A stretch of DNA of 64,000 bases from an uncultured delta proteobacterium (GCA_963713045.1 CAVQKE010000003.1:1088001-1152000); one strand, 5' to 3'. Shown: positions 28,217-38,025, counted from the first letter of the stretch. Program-made: numbers and translations. The notes: a model not told the origin generated them from the letters alone.

Positions 28217-29007
28217 GGGCTCTCTCCTGAATGGCCATCGGCCGCCGGCCGTTCGACGTCCGGCTTGAGGAGCAGGTGGGAGGTCCGCACATTTCCCATC
28301 GCCGAGAGGACGCTCGCGCGAATGTGCGGGTGCTCCCGTTCTAATTCATCCAGCATTCGCTTCATCCGTCGGCGCTGGAGGTTCTCCTGGCTGCCGCACA
28401 ATTCACACGGGATGATGGGGAACTTGCGGAGCGCGGCATAGGCCCCAATCTCCGCCTCGGGCGCATAGGCCAGAGGGCGGATGACGGTGTTGCGCCCATC
28501 GTCGCTGTGCAACAACGGAGGCATCGCCTTCAGCGAGCCGGCGAAGAAGAGGTTGAGGAGCAACGTCTCCACCAGGTCCTCGCGGTGGTGCCCGAGGGCA
28601 ATTTTGTTGCAGCCGAGGTCCACCGCCGCGTTGTACAGAATCCCCCGCCGGAGGCGCGAGCACAGGGCACAGTGGGTTTTCCCGGCCGGCGTCTTTTGCA
28701 GCACCACTCGGTAGGTGTCCTCGCGGAGAATGCGGAAGTCGTAGCCGTTGGCCCGGAAGTAGGCCTCCAGCACCTGCGCCGGAAAGCCAGGATGGCCCTG
28801 GTCGAGTGTCACCGCCACCAATTCAAAGCGTACCGGCGAGCGCTCCCGCAGCAGCGACAACAGGTGCAGCAGGGTGTGCGAGTCCTTGCCCCCCGAGACT
28901 CCGACCAGAATCCGGTCCCCGGCGGCAATCAGGCCAAAATCGGCAATGGCCCGGCCCAGGTGCCGAAGCAAGGACTTTTCGAGGGCGGCTTCATCGCGCT
29001 GGCGCAT
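28192..29007 (-). CDS. ttcA: tRNA 2-thiocytidine(32) synthetase
   Basis: SGGKDS PP-loop, CALCSRLRRG, LGHHREDLVET, IRPL and IIPCELCGSQ. Confidence 0.95.
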   Translation of the reverse strand: MRQRDEAALEKSLLRHLGRAIADFGLIAAGDRILVGVSGGKDSHTLLHLLSLLRERSPVRFELVAVTLDQGHPGFPAQVLEAYFRANGYDFRILREDTYRVVLQKTPAGKTHCALCSRLRRGILYNAAVDLGCNKIALGHHREDLVETLLLNLFFAGSLKAMPPLLHSDDGRNTVIRPLAYAPEAEIGAYAALRKFPIIPCELCGSQENLQRRRMKRMLDELEREHPHIRASVLSAMGNVRTSHLLLKPDVERPAADGHSGESPWLPNSPQ

Positions 29008-29062
29008 CAAGGCGGCGCATCCTACGGCGCACCGGGAAAAAACGACTAGGGTGCAACTCCTG

Positions 29063-30196
29063 GTGAGCCCGTTTCAGCAGCCCGCCCACGACGTGCGCAC
29101 CTCGGCCGAGGTGGCTGGCGTGGCCGAGGCGTTGGGAGGGCTCGACTGGCTGGCGGTGGACGTCGAGGCGGACGCGCTGCACGCCTTCCGCCCCCGGCTG
29201 TGCTTCGTCCAGTTGGGGACAGATGAGGACATTTGGCTGGTCGACACCCTGGAGACGCCAGGTTTGGCGGCCCTGGCGCCGGCCTTTCACGCGCCGTCGG
29301 TGGTGAAGGTATTTCATGCCGCCGGCGGAGACCTACAGTTTCTGGCCGAGGCGGGCGTCCGGGTGCGAGGCCTCTTTGACACCCACCGAGCCGCCACGCT
29401 GCTCGGCTGGCCCAAGGTGGGGCTGGCGGATTTGGTGTCCGAGCAACTGGGCGTCACGCTGAAGAAGGAGCACCAGCAGGCGGACTTCGCCCAGCGGCCG
29501 TTGCCGCCGCCGCTGAGGGACTACATTGCCGACGACGTCCGCTACCTGCCTGAGGTGGGCCGCCGGGTACGCGCCGCCTGTGAGGCGGCCGACATCCTCG
29601 AGGAGGTGCTCCTCGACTGCGAGCGCCTGGCCGACGAGGCGGCGGTGCGGCCCGAGGTGGGACGCTTCGAGCCGAAAGTGCCACGCACGCTGCCCCCCAA
29701 TGAACAGGCTTTCCTGGTGGCCGCCGGCGTGGCGCTCCACGCGCTGCGACTTCAGTGGGCCGAGGCGGCGGACGTCCCGATGGGGAAAATGCTTTCCAAC
29801 GCCGCCATTTCGGAGCTGTCGACGCGCCCCCCCAAGGACTTGCGCGGCCTGCAGCGCACGCCGGGCGTGCGTGGCCAGGTGGTGCGGGAACACGGCGAGG
29901 AGGTGCTGGCTCTGCTGGCCCGCCTGCGGGCCCAGGCCGACCGGGGGGAGCTGCCGGTCCCGGAACCGGCGGTGCGGGACCCGGCGCGCAAGAAGCGCGA
30001 GGAGGCTCTCAAGGCCTGGCGCTCCGAGGCGGCCGCGGCGCGCAAAGTGACACCCTCGGTGGTGCTGACCAACCCGCTGGTGGAAACGCTGGCCCGCCAG
30101 CCGCCGGCTTCGCGCGAAGCACTGTCGGCCGTCAGCTACCTCGGCGAGAAGCGGGTGCGCCTCTACGGCGACGCCCTGTTGCGCCTGTTGCGCTAG
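29063..30196 (+). CDS. rnd: ribonuclease D (DEDD exonuclease + HRDC domains)
   Basis: AVDVEAD, LCFVQL, KVFHAAGGD, LFDT, RPL...YIADDV and two HRDC-like regions. Start approximate. Confidence 0.88.
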   Translation: MSPFQQPAHDVRTSAEVAGVAEALGGLDWLAVDVEADALHAFRPRLCFVQLGTDEDIWLVDTLETPGLAALAPAFHAPSVVKVFHAAGGDLQFLAEAGVRVRGLFDTHRAATLLGWPKVGLADLVSEQLGVTLKKEHQQADFAQRPLPPPLRDYIADDVRYLPEVGRRVRAACEAADILEEVLLDCERLADEAAVRPEVGRFEPKVPRTLPPNEQAFLVAAGVALHALRLQWAEAADVPMGKMLSNAAISELSTRPPKDLRGLQRTPGVRGQVVREHGEEVLALLARLRAQADRGELPVPEPAVRDPARKKREEALKAWRSEAAAARKVTPSVVLTNPLVETLARQPPASREALSAVSYLGEKRVRLYGDALLRLLR

Positions 30197-31719
30197 GCCG
30201 CCGTCGAGGGCTTTGGGCCGGCGGGAAGGGCCCGCCCGCTGAGTGCGCTGTACTTGCGCCGCAGGTAGGCCACGAAGTCGGCGTCGGTCAGGCCTGCACC
30301 CGTCACCTTGTGCACCAAGTCCTCGGCGTCCAGGCGCGAGCCTTCGGCGTGGACGTGGGCGCGAAGCCAGTTGCGCAGAGGGGAAAAGTCCCCGGCGGCC
30401 ACGGCCTCCCACAGCCCCGGTAGTGCCAGCTGGGCGGCCCGCATCAGGGAGGCGGCATACAGGTTGCCCAAGCTGTAGGTCGGGAAGTAGCCGAGCTCAC
30501 CCCAGGCCCAGTGGATGTCCTGGAGCACGCCCCTGACGTCGTCGGCCACCTCGAGGCCGAGGAGGGCCCGCGTCGCAGCACTCCAGGCAGCGGGCAAGTC
30601 CGCCGCGGGCAAGTTGCCCCGAAGCAGCTCGAGTTCCAACTCGGTCCGCAGCACAATGTGCAGGTTGTACGTCACTTCATCCGCCTCGACGCGGATGGGG
30701 GAGCGAGACACTCGGTTGATGGCGGCGTGGAAGGCCTCGAGGCGCACGCTGCCCAGCTGGGCGGGGAAGCTGGCCTGCAGCCGAGGGTAGAGCGCCTGCC
30801 AGAAGGGAAGGCTTCGGCCCACCAGGTTCTCCCACAGCCGGGACTGGGACTCGTGCAGTCCCATGGAAGGCGCGGCGGCCAGCACCGTGCGGTGGTCGGC
30901 GGGGCGGAACCCCTGTTCATACAGGCCGTGGCCGCACTCGTGCAGGGTGCCGAACAGCGCGGCCGAGAGGTTGTCTTCGGCAACGCGGGTGGTGAGGCGC
31001 ACGTCGGTGGGGTGCGTTCCCCCGGTGAAGGGGTGGACACTCTTGTCCTGGCGGCCCGCCTCGAGGTCAAAGCCGAGCCGGCCGAGCAACTCCACCGTGA
31101 AGCGCCACTGCCCATCGGCCGGGAAGCGCACCCCGGAGAGGGCGTCGGGCGCCGGTGGCCAGCCAGCCAGCGCCTCCACCAGCGGGACCAGCTGGTCGCG
31201 CAGCGCATGCAGCACCGGCATCAGCCGCGCGGTGCGCATTCCTGGTTCATAACCCGCCAGCAGCGCGTCATAGCGTTCTCCCTGATGTCCAATGGCGTCG
31301 GCCTGCTCCCGGCGCAGCACCAGGAGTCGCTCCAGCGCCGGCGCGAAGGGGGCGAAGACGCGCTCCTCCCGCGCCACCCGCCATGCGGTGAGGGCCGCCC
31401 CTTGGGCCTCCGCCAGCGCTCGGACCAAGTCCCCCGGCACCCGAACGGCGCGGTCGCGTTCCCGAGCCAAAAGGCGCACCATCGCCCGTTCGTCGTCTGA
31501 CAGCGGGGCCGCGGCGGCGCCGGCCAGCCACTCCCCCACTTCCGACGCCACCAGCCGCTCATGGTAAAGGCCCTGCAGCGTCGACAGCTGGCTGGCGCGC
31601 GCCGCTTCGGCCTTCGTCGGCAGGTACGTCTCTTGGTCCCAAGTGGCCAGGCCGATAATTCCGGCGAGGTCCTTGAGTTCCCGCATCCGGCCCCACAGCG
31701 CCATGCGTGACACGTCCAT
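30193..31719 (-). CDS. carboxypeptidase M32 (Taq carboxypeptidase family)
   Basis: WDQET, HPF, DVRLTTR, HECGH, HESQSR, IRVEADE, QDIHW and GYFPTYSLG. Confidence 0.95.
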   Translation of the reverse strand: MDVSRMALWGRMRELKDLAGIIGLATWDQETYLPTKAEAARASQLSTLQGLYHERLVASEVGEWLAGAAAAPLSDDERAMVRLLARERDRAVRVPGDLVRALAEAQGAALTAWRVAREERVFAPFAPALERLLVLRREQADAIGHQGERYDALLAGYEPGMRTARLMPVLHALRDQLVPLVEALAGWPPAPDALSGVRFPADGQWRFTVELLGRLGFDLEAGRQDKSVHPFTGGTHPTDVRLTTRVAEDNLSAALFGTLHECGHGLYEQGFRPADHRTVLAAAPSMGLHESQSRLWENLVGRSLPFWQALYPRLQASFPAQLGSVRLEAFHAAINRVSRSPIRVEADEVTYNLHIVLRTELELELLRGNLPAADLPAAWSAATRALLGLEVADDVRGVLQDIHWAWGELGYFPTYSLGNLYAASLMRAAQLALPGLWEAVAAGDFSPLRNWLRAHVHAEGSRLDAEDLVHKVTGAGLTDADFVAYLRRKYSALSGRALPAGPKPSTAA

Positions 31720-31802
31720 TCCCAAGGGGCGAAGCTTACCCTTGGCCGAGGGTGGCTTCCTTTCCCAGGACGGGGGGAGGCGCCGCACCCTCCTTCTCCC
31801 AC

Positions 31803-32345
31803 ATGGCCCAACGCCTCCTGTGCTTTCTGGTCCCCGACGACGAGCGGGCCTTCCTTCGCTTTCTGGCCCGCTACCGCTTGGAGGTCTACCCCCGCCGCAT
31901 CCCTCCGGAGTGGAAGCCGTTTCTGGCCAGCGCCGAAATGCTGGAGCAGCTGCCGGCGGAGTTGTACTTGGCAGCGCCCGACTTGGGTCCAGTGCTGGTG
32001 GACCGCGTGAAGCGCGGGCCGGACAAGGGGGCCTTCCGGGTGGATGAGGTGCGCTCGCCAGTCATTTTTTGGGAGCGCTCGCACCGCAACGCCGAAGGCG
32101 AATTGGTGGCCGGCCAACTGTGGGCCGAGTTGGACGTCACCCCCGAAACCGGGCGTCGGACGTCGGCGCCCGAGCGCTTCCGCCAACTCTTCGAAGAAGT
32201 GGCAGCTTGGCTGAAGAAGAATTTCCGGCGCAGCGACCCGGTGGGCTTTCTCGTCGGCCCGGCGGCGGCCCGCGCCTTCAAGGAGGGGTTGGTGCTGCGC
32301 ACCGCTGGCCACCGCGGCGACACCGTCCGGCCGGGCCGCGCCTAA
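31803..32345 (+). CDS. hypothetical protein
   Basis: Coding-like composition from MAQRLLCFLV; fills the gap before DUF2784. Confidence 0.7.
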   Translation: MAQRLLCFLVPDDERAFLRFLARYRLEVYPRRIPPEWKPFLASAEMLEQLPAELYLAAPDLGPVLVDRVKRGPDKGAFRVDEVRSPVIFWERSHRNAEGELVAGQLWAELDVTPETGRRTSAPERFRQLFEEVAAWLKKNFRRSDPVGFLVGPAAARAFKEGLVLRTAGHRGDTVRPGRA

Positions 32346-32359
32346 GCCCTGAGAGAAAA

Positions 32360-32761
32360 ATGGCCTTCCGAGTGGCAATCGCTGCCGTGGTTCTGTTGCA
32401 CTTGGCCTTCATCGCGATGGTGGTCGGCGGCGCCCTCCTGGTGGTGCGTTGGCCGCGGCTGGCCTGGATTCAACTGCCGGTCTTCGTGTGGGGGGCGTTG
32501 GTCAACCTCGCCCGCTGGCCCTGCCCCCTGACCACACTCGAAAATGCGCTGCGGGCCAGCGCCGGGGAGCGCCCCTATGCGGGTAGCTTCGTCGGTCACT
32601 ACCTGTGGCCTTCCCAGTCCCCCGCCCTGGCCGGCTTGCACGTCGACGTGGCCATTGGCATCTTCGTGTTGCTGGTGAATTTCGCGCTGTACGCCTACCT
32701 CCTCCTCCGGAGGCGTCGCGCACACGTCCAGCGGCACGCCACGGAGAGTTTGCCCCGCTGA
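32360..32761 (+). CDS. DUF2784 family membrane protein
   Basis: LHLAFI...GG, WG, CPLTTLENALR..AGE..Y.GSFVGHY. Confidence 0.85.
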   Translation: MAFRVAIAAVVLLHLAFIAMVVGGALLVVRWPRLAWIQLPVFVWGALVNLARWPCPLTTLENALRASAGERPYAGSFVGHYLWPSQSPALAGLHVDVAIGIFVLLVNFALYAYLLLRRRRAHVQRHATESLPR

Positions 32762-32860
32762 CACCTGGACGAGCCCCTGGTCCAGCATGCTGGCTTCCCG
32801 ACCCAGCTTGTCGCACGCCGTTTTCCCCTCCCAAAGGCGTGCAGGGCATGACGAGGCCGG

Positions 32861-34084
32861 ATGGCAATCATCGGACTGCTGTTGCTGATCGCCGCGGCGC
32901 TCGGCGTGGCCATGGTGGCAGTGATGGTGCTGCTCACCGTGCTGCACCTGCAGAAGGTGGCGCCGGTGCCCAGCAGCTGGCCAGGAATCTCCCTGCTGAA
33001 GCCGCTGTGCGGGGCAGACGACGCGCTGGAGGAAAACCTCGCCAGCTTCGTCGCGTTGCCCTACCCGGGCGAGTACGAAGTGGTGCTGGGAGTCCGCTCG
33101 GTGCGCGACACCGCCTACCCGCTGGCCTGCGAGGCCGTTCGCCGCTGGCCGCACCGCGTCCGCCTGGTGCTGCAGGAGGGCGAGGCCGGCTTCAACCCCA
33201 AGGTGAACCAGCTGGTCTGCCTGGCACGGGCTGCTCGGTATGACCTGTTGGTCGTCAGCGACTCCAACATCCGCGTCCCTGCCGGCTACCTGTTGGACAT
33301 TGCCGGACACCTGAGCCGTCCGGGGGTGGGCTGCGTGACGCATCCCGTGGCCGGCAAGGGGCACAAGTCGCTCGGCGCGCTGCTGGACAACCTCCACCTC
33401 GGCGGCAGCGTCGCCCCGGGGATGGTGTGCGCCAAGCGGGTGTTGAAGAAGGACTTGGTGGTGGGCAAGTCGATGGCGCTCTGGCGACACGACTTGGAGC
33501 TATTGGGTGGGTTTGCCTCGGTGGCCAATGTCCTGGCCGAGGACCACGTCCTCGGAAACCGGCTGGTGCGGGAGCTCGGCACCGGAGTCGCCGTCAGTAG
33601 CCTCCCGGTGTGGAACATCGCCGTGGAGAAGAGCGTCGGTTCCTTCTTCCGGCGCTATTTGCGCTGGAGTGTCACCCACCGCACCGCGATGACGTTTCCG
33701 GCCTACCTCGCCGAGTCGCTGTTGAACCCCATCCCCCTGGCAGTCATCGGTTTTGCGCTGCGACCTGGGCCCGGGGCGGCGGCGACGCTGGCGGCCTGCG
33801 CCGTGCTGAAGCCGGCCCTCGACTCGGTGGCCTTCAGTCGCCTGCGTCAGCAGCTTTTCTCCTGGCGGGCCTTTGGCGCGGGCTGGGTGAAGGACGGGCT
33901 TCTCTTCGTCACCTGGGTGCATGGCCTGTTTGCCCGCACCGTCCAGTGGCGCGGAAACCGGCTCCGGGTGCTTCCCGGTGGCGTCCTCATCGCGCCGCGC
34001 GGTTACCAAGCCACCCAAGTCGCTGAGAGTTTTCCGGCTCTCCACGGGAGCGCCCCCACAACCTGGTCGAATGTTCAGGCATGA
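32861..34084 (+). CDS. GT2/GT21 ceramide glucosyltransferase-like (HpnI-like) glycosyltransferase
   Basis: SLLKPLCGAD, NPKVNQL, SDSN, GKSM, LAED, RYLRW and a C-terminal VQWRG. Confidence 0.88.
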   Translation: MAIIGLLLLIAAALGVAMVAVMVLLTVLHLQKVAPVPSSWPGISLLKPLCGADDALEENLASFVALPYPGEYEVVLGVRSVRDTAYPLACEAVRRWPHRVRLVLQEGEAGFNPKVNQLVCLARAARYDLLVVSDSNIRVPAGYLLDIAGHLSRPGVGCVTHPVAGKGHKSLGALLDNLHLGGSVAPGMVCAKRVLKKDLVVGKSMALWRHDLELLGGFASVANVLAEDHVLGNRLVRELGTGVAVSSLPVWNIAVEKSVGSFFRRYLRWSVTHRTAMTFPAYLAESLLNPIPLAVIGFALRPGPGAAATLAACAVLKPALDSVAFSRLRQQLFSWRAFGAGWVKDGLLFVTWVHGLFARTVQWRGNRLRVLPGGVLIAPRGYQATQVAESFPALHGSAPTTWSNVQA

Positions 34085-34926
34085 GTTTTCAGACGCTCGC
34101 CCACCTCTCGGACTTGCACCTCGGTGGCGGCCGAGCCAACGAGGCGTCTGCCCGAGCGCTGGTGGAGGCACTGCAGGAAGCCCAGGTGGACCAGGTGGTG
34201 GTGACCGGGGACATCACCCACCGCGGCCGGGACGAGGAGATGTCGCTCTTCTTCGACATCTTCGCGCCCTTAAGCCGTGCCCACCGGTTGACGGTTGTCC
34301 CGGGGAATCACGACCGGACGTCCGATGATGCCGGAGGGGCACTGATGGCCGGCGCGCGCGTCGCGGTCGAGGAAAAGCCGGGCCTCTTCCTCATCCGCAT
34401 CGACTCGACCGCGTCCCACAACCGTTCCTACTGGGCGTCCCACGGGGAAGTCACCCAAGGCATGGTGGACGACGTCGACGCGGCCCTGAAGCGCGCGCCG
34501 GCAACGGCGCTTCGCGTCTTGCTGCTGCACCACCACCCTTTGGCCCTTCCGGAGGAGTCGTGGCTGGAGCGCTGGAGCGAGTGGCTGCGGCTCCCCTATT
34601 GCTCGGAGCTTCCGCTCGGCCGCCAGCTGTTGCGCCGTGCGCGAGGCCAGGCCGACTTGGTGCTGCACGGCCACCGGCATGTCCCGCGCGAAATCCACCT
34701 GGGCGCGCCCGGGGAACGGCCGCTGGCCTTGTACAACGCCGGAAGCTCCACCCAGCTGCGCCGGATGCGCCTCTTCTCCCACGACGATGGAGTGCTGCAG
34801 GCGCCCCCGCGCTGGCTGTGGGCCGACCCCGCCCACCTCTCAGACGGCCGCCGACTTCCGGTCATGGTGCCTGCGCCGCAGCGTGCGGTGGAGCGGGCCG
34901 GGCTGGCCATCACCGCTGGAAGCTAA
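34081..34926 (+). CDS. metallophosphoesterase (calcineurin-like, Icc/CpdA-like)
   Basis: HLSDLH, TGDITH, PGNHD, HHHP and HGHRH. ATGA overlap with the glycosyltransferase stop. Confidence 0.9.
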   Translation: MSFQTLAHLSDLHLGGGRANEASARALVEALQEAQVDQVVVTGDITHRGRDEEMSLFFDIFAPLSRAHRLTVVPGNHDRTSDDAGGALMAGARVAVEEKPGLFLIRIDSTASHNRSYWASHGEVTQGMVDDVDAALKRAPATALRVLLLHHHPLALPEESWLERWSEWLRLPYCSELPLGRQLLRRARGQADLVLHGHRHVPREIHLGAPGERPLALYNAGSSTQLRRMRLFSHDDGVLQAPPRWLWADPAHLSDGRRLPVMVPAPQRAVERAGLAITAGS

Positions 34927-34952
34927 GGCCCAGGAAGGGCCGCCTTAAGAAT

Positions 34953-36581
34953 CTAGAGGGACGTGCGCTTCTCGACGGACTGCGGGCTCCCGAGCGGTGG
35001 TGCGGCCGAGAGAAAGGTGAGCTCCGGGTGCTTCTCCACCGTGTGCTGCAGCGACCAGTCGTCGCGGAAGAGGACCAACGGCTGCCCGTCGCGGTCTTGC
35101 ACCGTCTGGCGGTTTCCGCCCCAGTCGAAGCTCTTCGGGTCAAACTCGCCGACCACCCAGCGCGCGTGGCCGTAGGGCAGCTTGTCCAGGAGGATGTCCG
35201 CGCCATATTCGTGCTCAATGCGGTACTGCAGCACCTCGAGTTGCAGCGGACCCACGACGCCGACGATGGGGTCACGCATCCCCATGTGCAGCTGCTGAAA
35301 AATCTGGATGGTGCCTTCCTCGCTGAGCTGCTCCAGGCCCTTTTCCATCTGCTTGCGGCGCATCGGGTCCCGCGCGCGAACCACCGCAAAGTGCTCGGGC
35401 GAAAAACGGGGAACGCCCTCGAATTCGAAGTCGTCTCCCTCCAGCAGCGTGTCGCCGATGCGGTACAGCCCGGGGTCGAAAAGGCCAATCACGTCCCCTG
35501 GCCACGCCTCATCGATGGCCGTCCGTTCCGCAGCGAGAAACTGGGTGGGGTTGGCCAGGCGCACCGTCTTCTGGAGGCGGACGTGAAAGGCGTCCATTCC
35601 CCTGGTGTATTTGCCGGAGACCACCCGCACGAAGGCCACCCGGTCGCGGTGTGACGGGTCCATGTTCGCTTGGATTTTGAAGACGAAGCCGCTGAATTTG
35701 GGGTCGGTCGGCTCCTGGTAGCCGTGGCTGGTGCTCCGCGGGGCAGGCGGAGGCGCCAGCTTGAGGAAGGCGTCGAGGAAGGGCCGCACGCCGAAGTTGG
35801 TCATCGCGCTGCCGAAAAACATGGGCGTAATCTGTCCGCGGTCGCTCTTTTCTCGCGCGAAGGCATCGCCCCCGATGTCCAACAGCTCGACGTCCTCGCG
35901 GAGCTGCGTCAGTTCGGACCCCTCCAGCACCTGCGACACCTCCGGCGAGTCCAAGCTCACCACCCGCTCTTCGGCGGCGGACTCGCCGTGGCTTCCCTCC
36001 GCGGAAAAGACGTGCACCGCGCGCGAGGTTCGGTCGTAGACGCCCCGGAACTCGGGCCCCATCCCAATCGGCCAATTCATCGGGTAGGCACGGATGCCGA
36101 GTACCTGCTCCAGCTCATCCATCAGTTCGAGCGGGGAGCGCCCGTAGCGGTCCAGCTTGTTGATGAAGGTGAAGATGGGGATGGCCCGCAGCCGACAGAC
36201 TTGAAACAGCTTCTTGGTTTGCGGCTCCACGCCCTTGGCGGCGTCGATGAGCATCACGGCACTGTCCGCCGCGGACAGCGTCCGGTAGGTGTCCTCGGAG
36301 AAGTCCTGGTGCCCGGGGGTATCCAGCAGGTTCACCTCATGGCCCTGGTATTCGAATTGGAGCACCGATGAGGTGACCGAGATGCCGCGCTCCTTCTCCA
36401 GCTCCATCCAGTCGCTGGTGGCGTGCCGGCGCGCTCGGCGCGCCTTGACACTCCCCGCGAGGTGAATGGCACCGCCGTAGAGAAGCAGCTTCTCGGTGAG
36501 CGTCGTCTTGCCGGCGTCAGGGTGACTGATGATGGCGAAGGTGCGCCGGCGGGCGACTTCGCGCTCGAGCTCCGTGGGCAT
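34953..36581 (-). CDS. prfC: peptide chain release factor 3
   Basis: RRTFAIISHPDAGKTTLTEKLL, SDWMELEKERGISVTSS, DTPGHQDFSEDTYR and FKIQANMDP.HRDR. Confidence 0.98.
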   Translation of the reverse strand: MPTELEREVARRRTFAIISHPDAGKTTLTEKLLLYGGAIHLAGSVKARRARRHATSDWMELEKERGISVTSSVLQFEYQGHEVNLLDTPGHQDFSEDTYRTLSAADSAVMLIDAAKGVEPQTKKLFQVCRLRAIPIFTFINKLDRYGRSPLELMDELEQVLGIRAYPMNWPIGMGPEFRGVYDRTSRAVHVFSAEGSHGESAAEERVVSLDSPEVSQVLEGSELTQLREDVELLDIGGDAFAREKSDRGQITPMFFGSAMTNFGVRPFLDAFLKLAPPPAPRSTSHGYQEPTDPKFSGFVFKIQANMDPSHRDRVAFVRVVSGKYTRGMDAFHVRLQKTVRLANPTQFLAAERTAIDEAWPGDVIGLFDPGLYRIGDTLLEGDDFEFEGVPRFSPEHFAVVRARDPMRRKQMEKGLEQLSEEGTIQIFQQLHMGMRDPIVGVVGPLQLEVLQYRIEHEYGADILLDKLPYGHARWVVGEFDPKSFDWGGNRQTVQDRDGQPLVLFRDDWSLQHTVEKHPELTFLSAAPPLGSPQSVEKRTSL

Positions 36582-36685
36582 GACTGGGGCGGGTGCGGGT
36601 GGCCTCCTACCATGAAGCGTCCCGCAACCACGATGAGGTGCCCCCCTCTATAGCGGCGTATTCGCTGCGGCGCCTCAGCAAGGGG

Positions 36686-36856
36686 GGGGTGGGTAGCCAG
36701 CCTCCCACCCCGCAGAAGGGACCGCCCGGAGTCGCGCCGCCTTCTTCCAACTGCGCCCCGGTGGGGTGAGGAGAATTGCCCTCCCCGAGCGTCTCAAGGG
36801 CGGGCACAGAGCGACAAACCCCTTCGTCACGGCTCCTGGGGGGGGAGCCACCTCAT
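36686..36856 (-). ncRNA. candidate structured RNA (unassigned) upstream of prfC
   Basis: Six closely packed helices, including a four-way junction. G.U pairs favour the minus strand. I recognise no known family. Confidence 0.3.
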
Positions 36857-36991
36857 GCGGGCACCACCTTCCTCCTGTCACGACGCCAGCCGGCGATGGC
36901 AGCGGTCAGTGTGTGGGGTGCGGCCATCGGGTGCGTTTTCCGTTGTTGAGGTCCGGGCGCGTTTCGCTCATTCTTTTGCCCTGAATCTCGC

Positions 36992-37006
36992 TGGCCCTCG
37001 TTCTGC
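36992..37006 (+). promoter_or_regulatory. possible sigma54 promoter for the CsgG-like gene
   Basis: TGGCCCTCGTTCTGC has GG-N10-GC spacing, about 55 nt before the ATG. Confidence 0.3.
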
Positions 37007-37060
37007 CGCGGACGCCGGAGATTCAGCATCCCACCCATCGCCGTCCCTCCAGGTGTCGCC

Positions 37061-37987
37061 ATGAAACCCAAGCTCTTCTTTGCGCTCCTCTCGTCCTTGG
37101 TTTTCCCCGCGCTTGCCCAGGCCCAGGCTCCGGCTGCCACCGGAGGGCTGCGGTTCACCGTCGCGGTCATCAAGTTCGAAAACCACTCCCCCTATCGCGG
37201 CCAATTCGCGCTTTCCGACACCTGGGGGTCGATGCTGACCGACTCGCTGCAGCAGTCCGGCCACTTCATCGTCCTGGGCGAGGCCGACATGCGTCAGGCG
37301 GCCATCCAGGAGCAGGATTTCGGACAAAGCGGACGCGTCGCCGGCGGCAACAAGACTCCAACGGTGGGGCACATGACCCCGGCCCAACTTTTGGTGAAGG
37401 GCGAAATCACCAACTTCCAAGTCACCGGCGGTGGGGGTGGCGGGGTCTCCGCCCCAGTGCCGGGCTTCGGAGGCATTCACGTCGGTGGGAATTCGGAGAC
37501 GGCCGAAATCAACACCGTCGTCTACATCGTCGACTCCACCACCGGCCAGGTGGTGGCCTCCAAGAAGGTGCATGGGACCGCGGAAAGCAGTGGAGCAGCC
37601 GTCGGCTTCAACAGCTGGTACGGCGCGGGAGCCGACATGAGCACCTTCAAGAAGACGAACGTCGGCACGGCCATGGAGAAGGCCATCGATGAGGCCGTGG
37701 CCTTCCTCACCTCGAGACTTCCGACGCTGCACTGGACCGGCAACGTCATCCTGGTGAAGGGTCCGCAGGTCTACATCAACCGCGGCTCCCGCGAAGGGGT
37801 GCAGGCCGGGCAAATCTTCAAGGTCGGGAACACCGAGGTGCTGCGGGACCCGGCCACCGGTGAGGAGCTGGACACCAGCATGACCGAGAAGGGCAAGATT
37901 CGCGTCGACACGGTGAAGGAAAAGGTCGCCATCTGCTCGGTCATTCAAGGCAGCGGCATGGAGCCGGGCATGTCCGTGATGCCCTGA
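37061..37987 (+). CDS. CsgG/HfaB family exported protein with a C-terminal FlgT-like beta domain
   Basis: Signal peptide, VAVIKFEN, MLTDSLQQSGHF, EQD, LLVKGEITNF, IVDSTTGQV, YINRG...G and DPATGE.L. Confidence 0.8.
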   Translation: MKPKLFFALLSSLVFPALAQAQAPAATGGLRFTVAVIKFENHSPYRGQFALSDTWGSMLTDSLQQSGHFIVLGEADMRQAAIQEQDFGQSGRVAGGNKTPTVGHMTPAQLLVKGEITNFQVTGGGGGGVSAPVPGFGGIHVGGNSETAEINTVVYIVDSTTGQVVASKKVHGTAESSGAAVGFNSWYGAGADMSTFKKTNVGTAMEKAIDEAVAFLTSRLPTLHWTGNVILVKGPQVYINRGSREGVQAGQIFKVGNTEVLRDPATGEELDTSMTEKGKIRVDTVKEKVAICSVIQGSGMEPGMSVMP

Positions 37988-38025
37988 CGCACGGGGGCTG
38001 CGCCGGCGACGGGAACCCACACCAG

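Noticed and set aside
36892..36930. Fluoride riboswitch (starts GGCGATGG)
   Set aside because: It lacks the following GUUCGCC pairing and the downstream UGA..CCU motif. It is only a CGATGGC/GCCATCG hairpin.
36766..36984. 72-aa ORF with CGH/CVGCGH as a zinc-finger protein
   Set aside because: It has no convincing RBS, non-coding-like codon use and no first CxxC pair. It overlaps the structured region.
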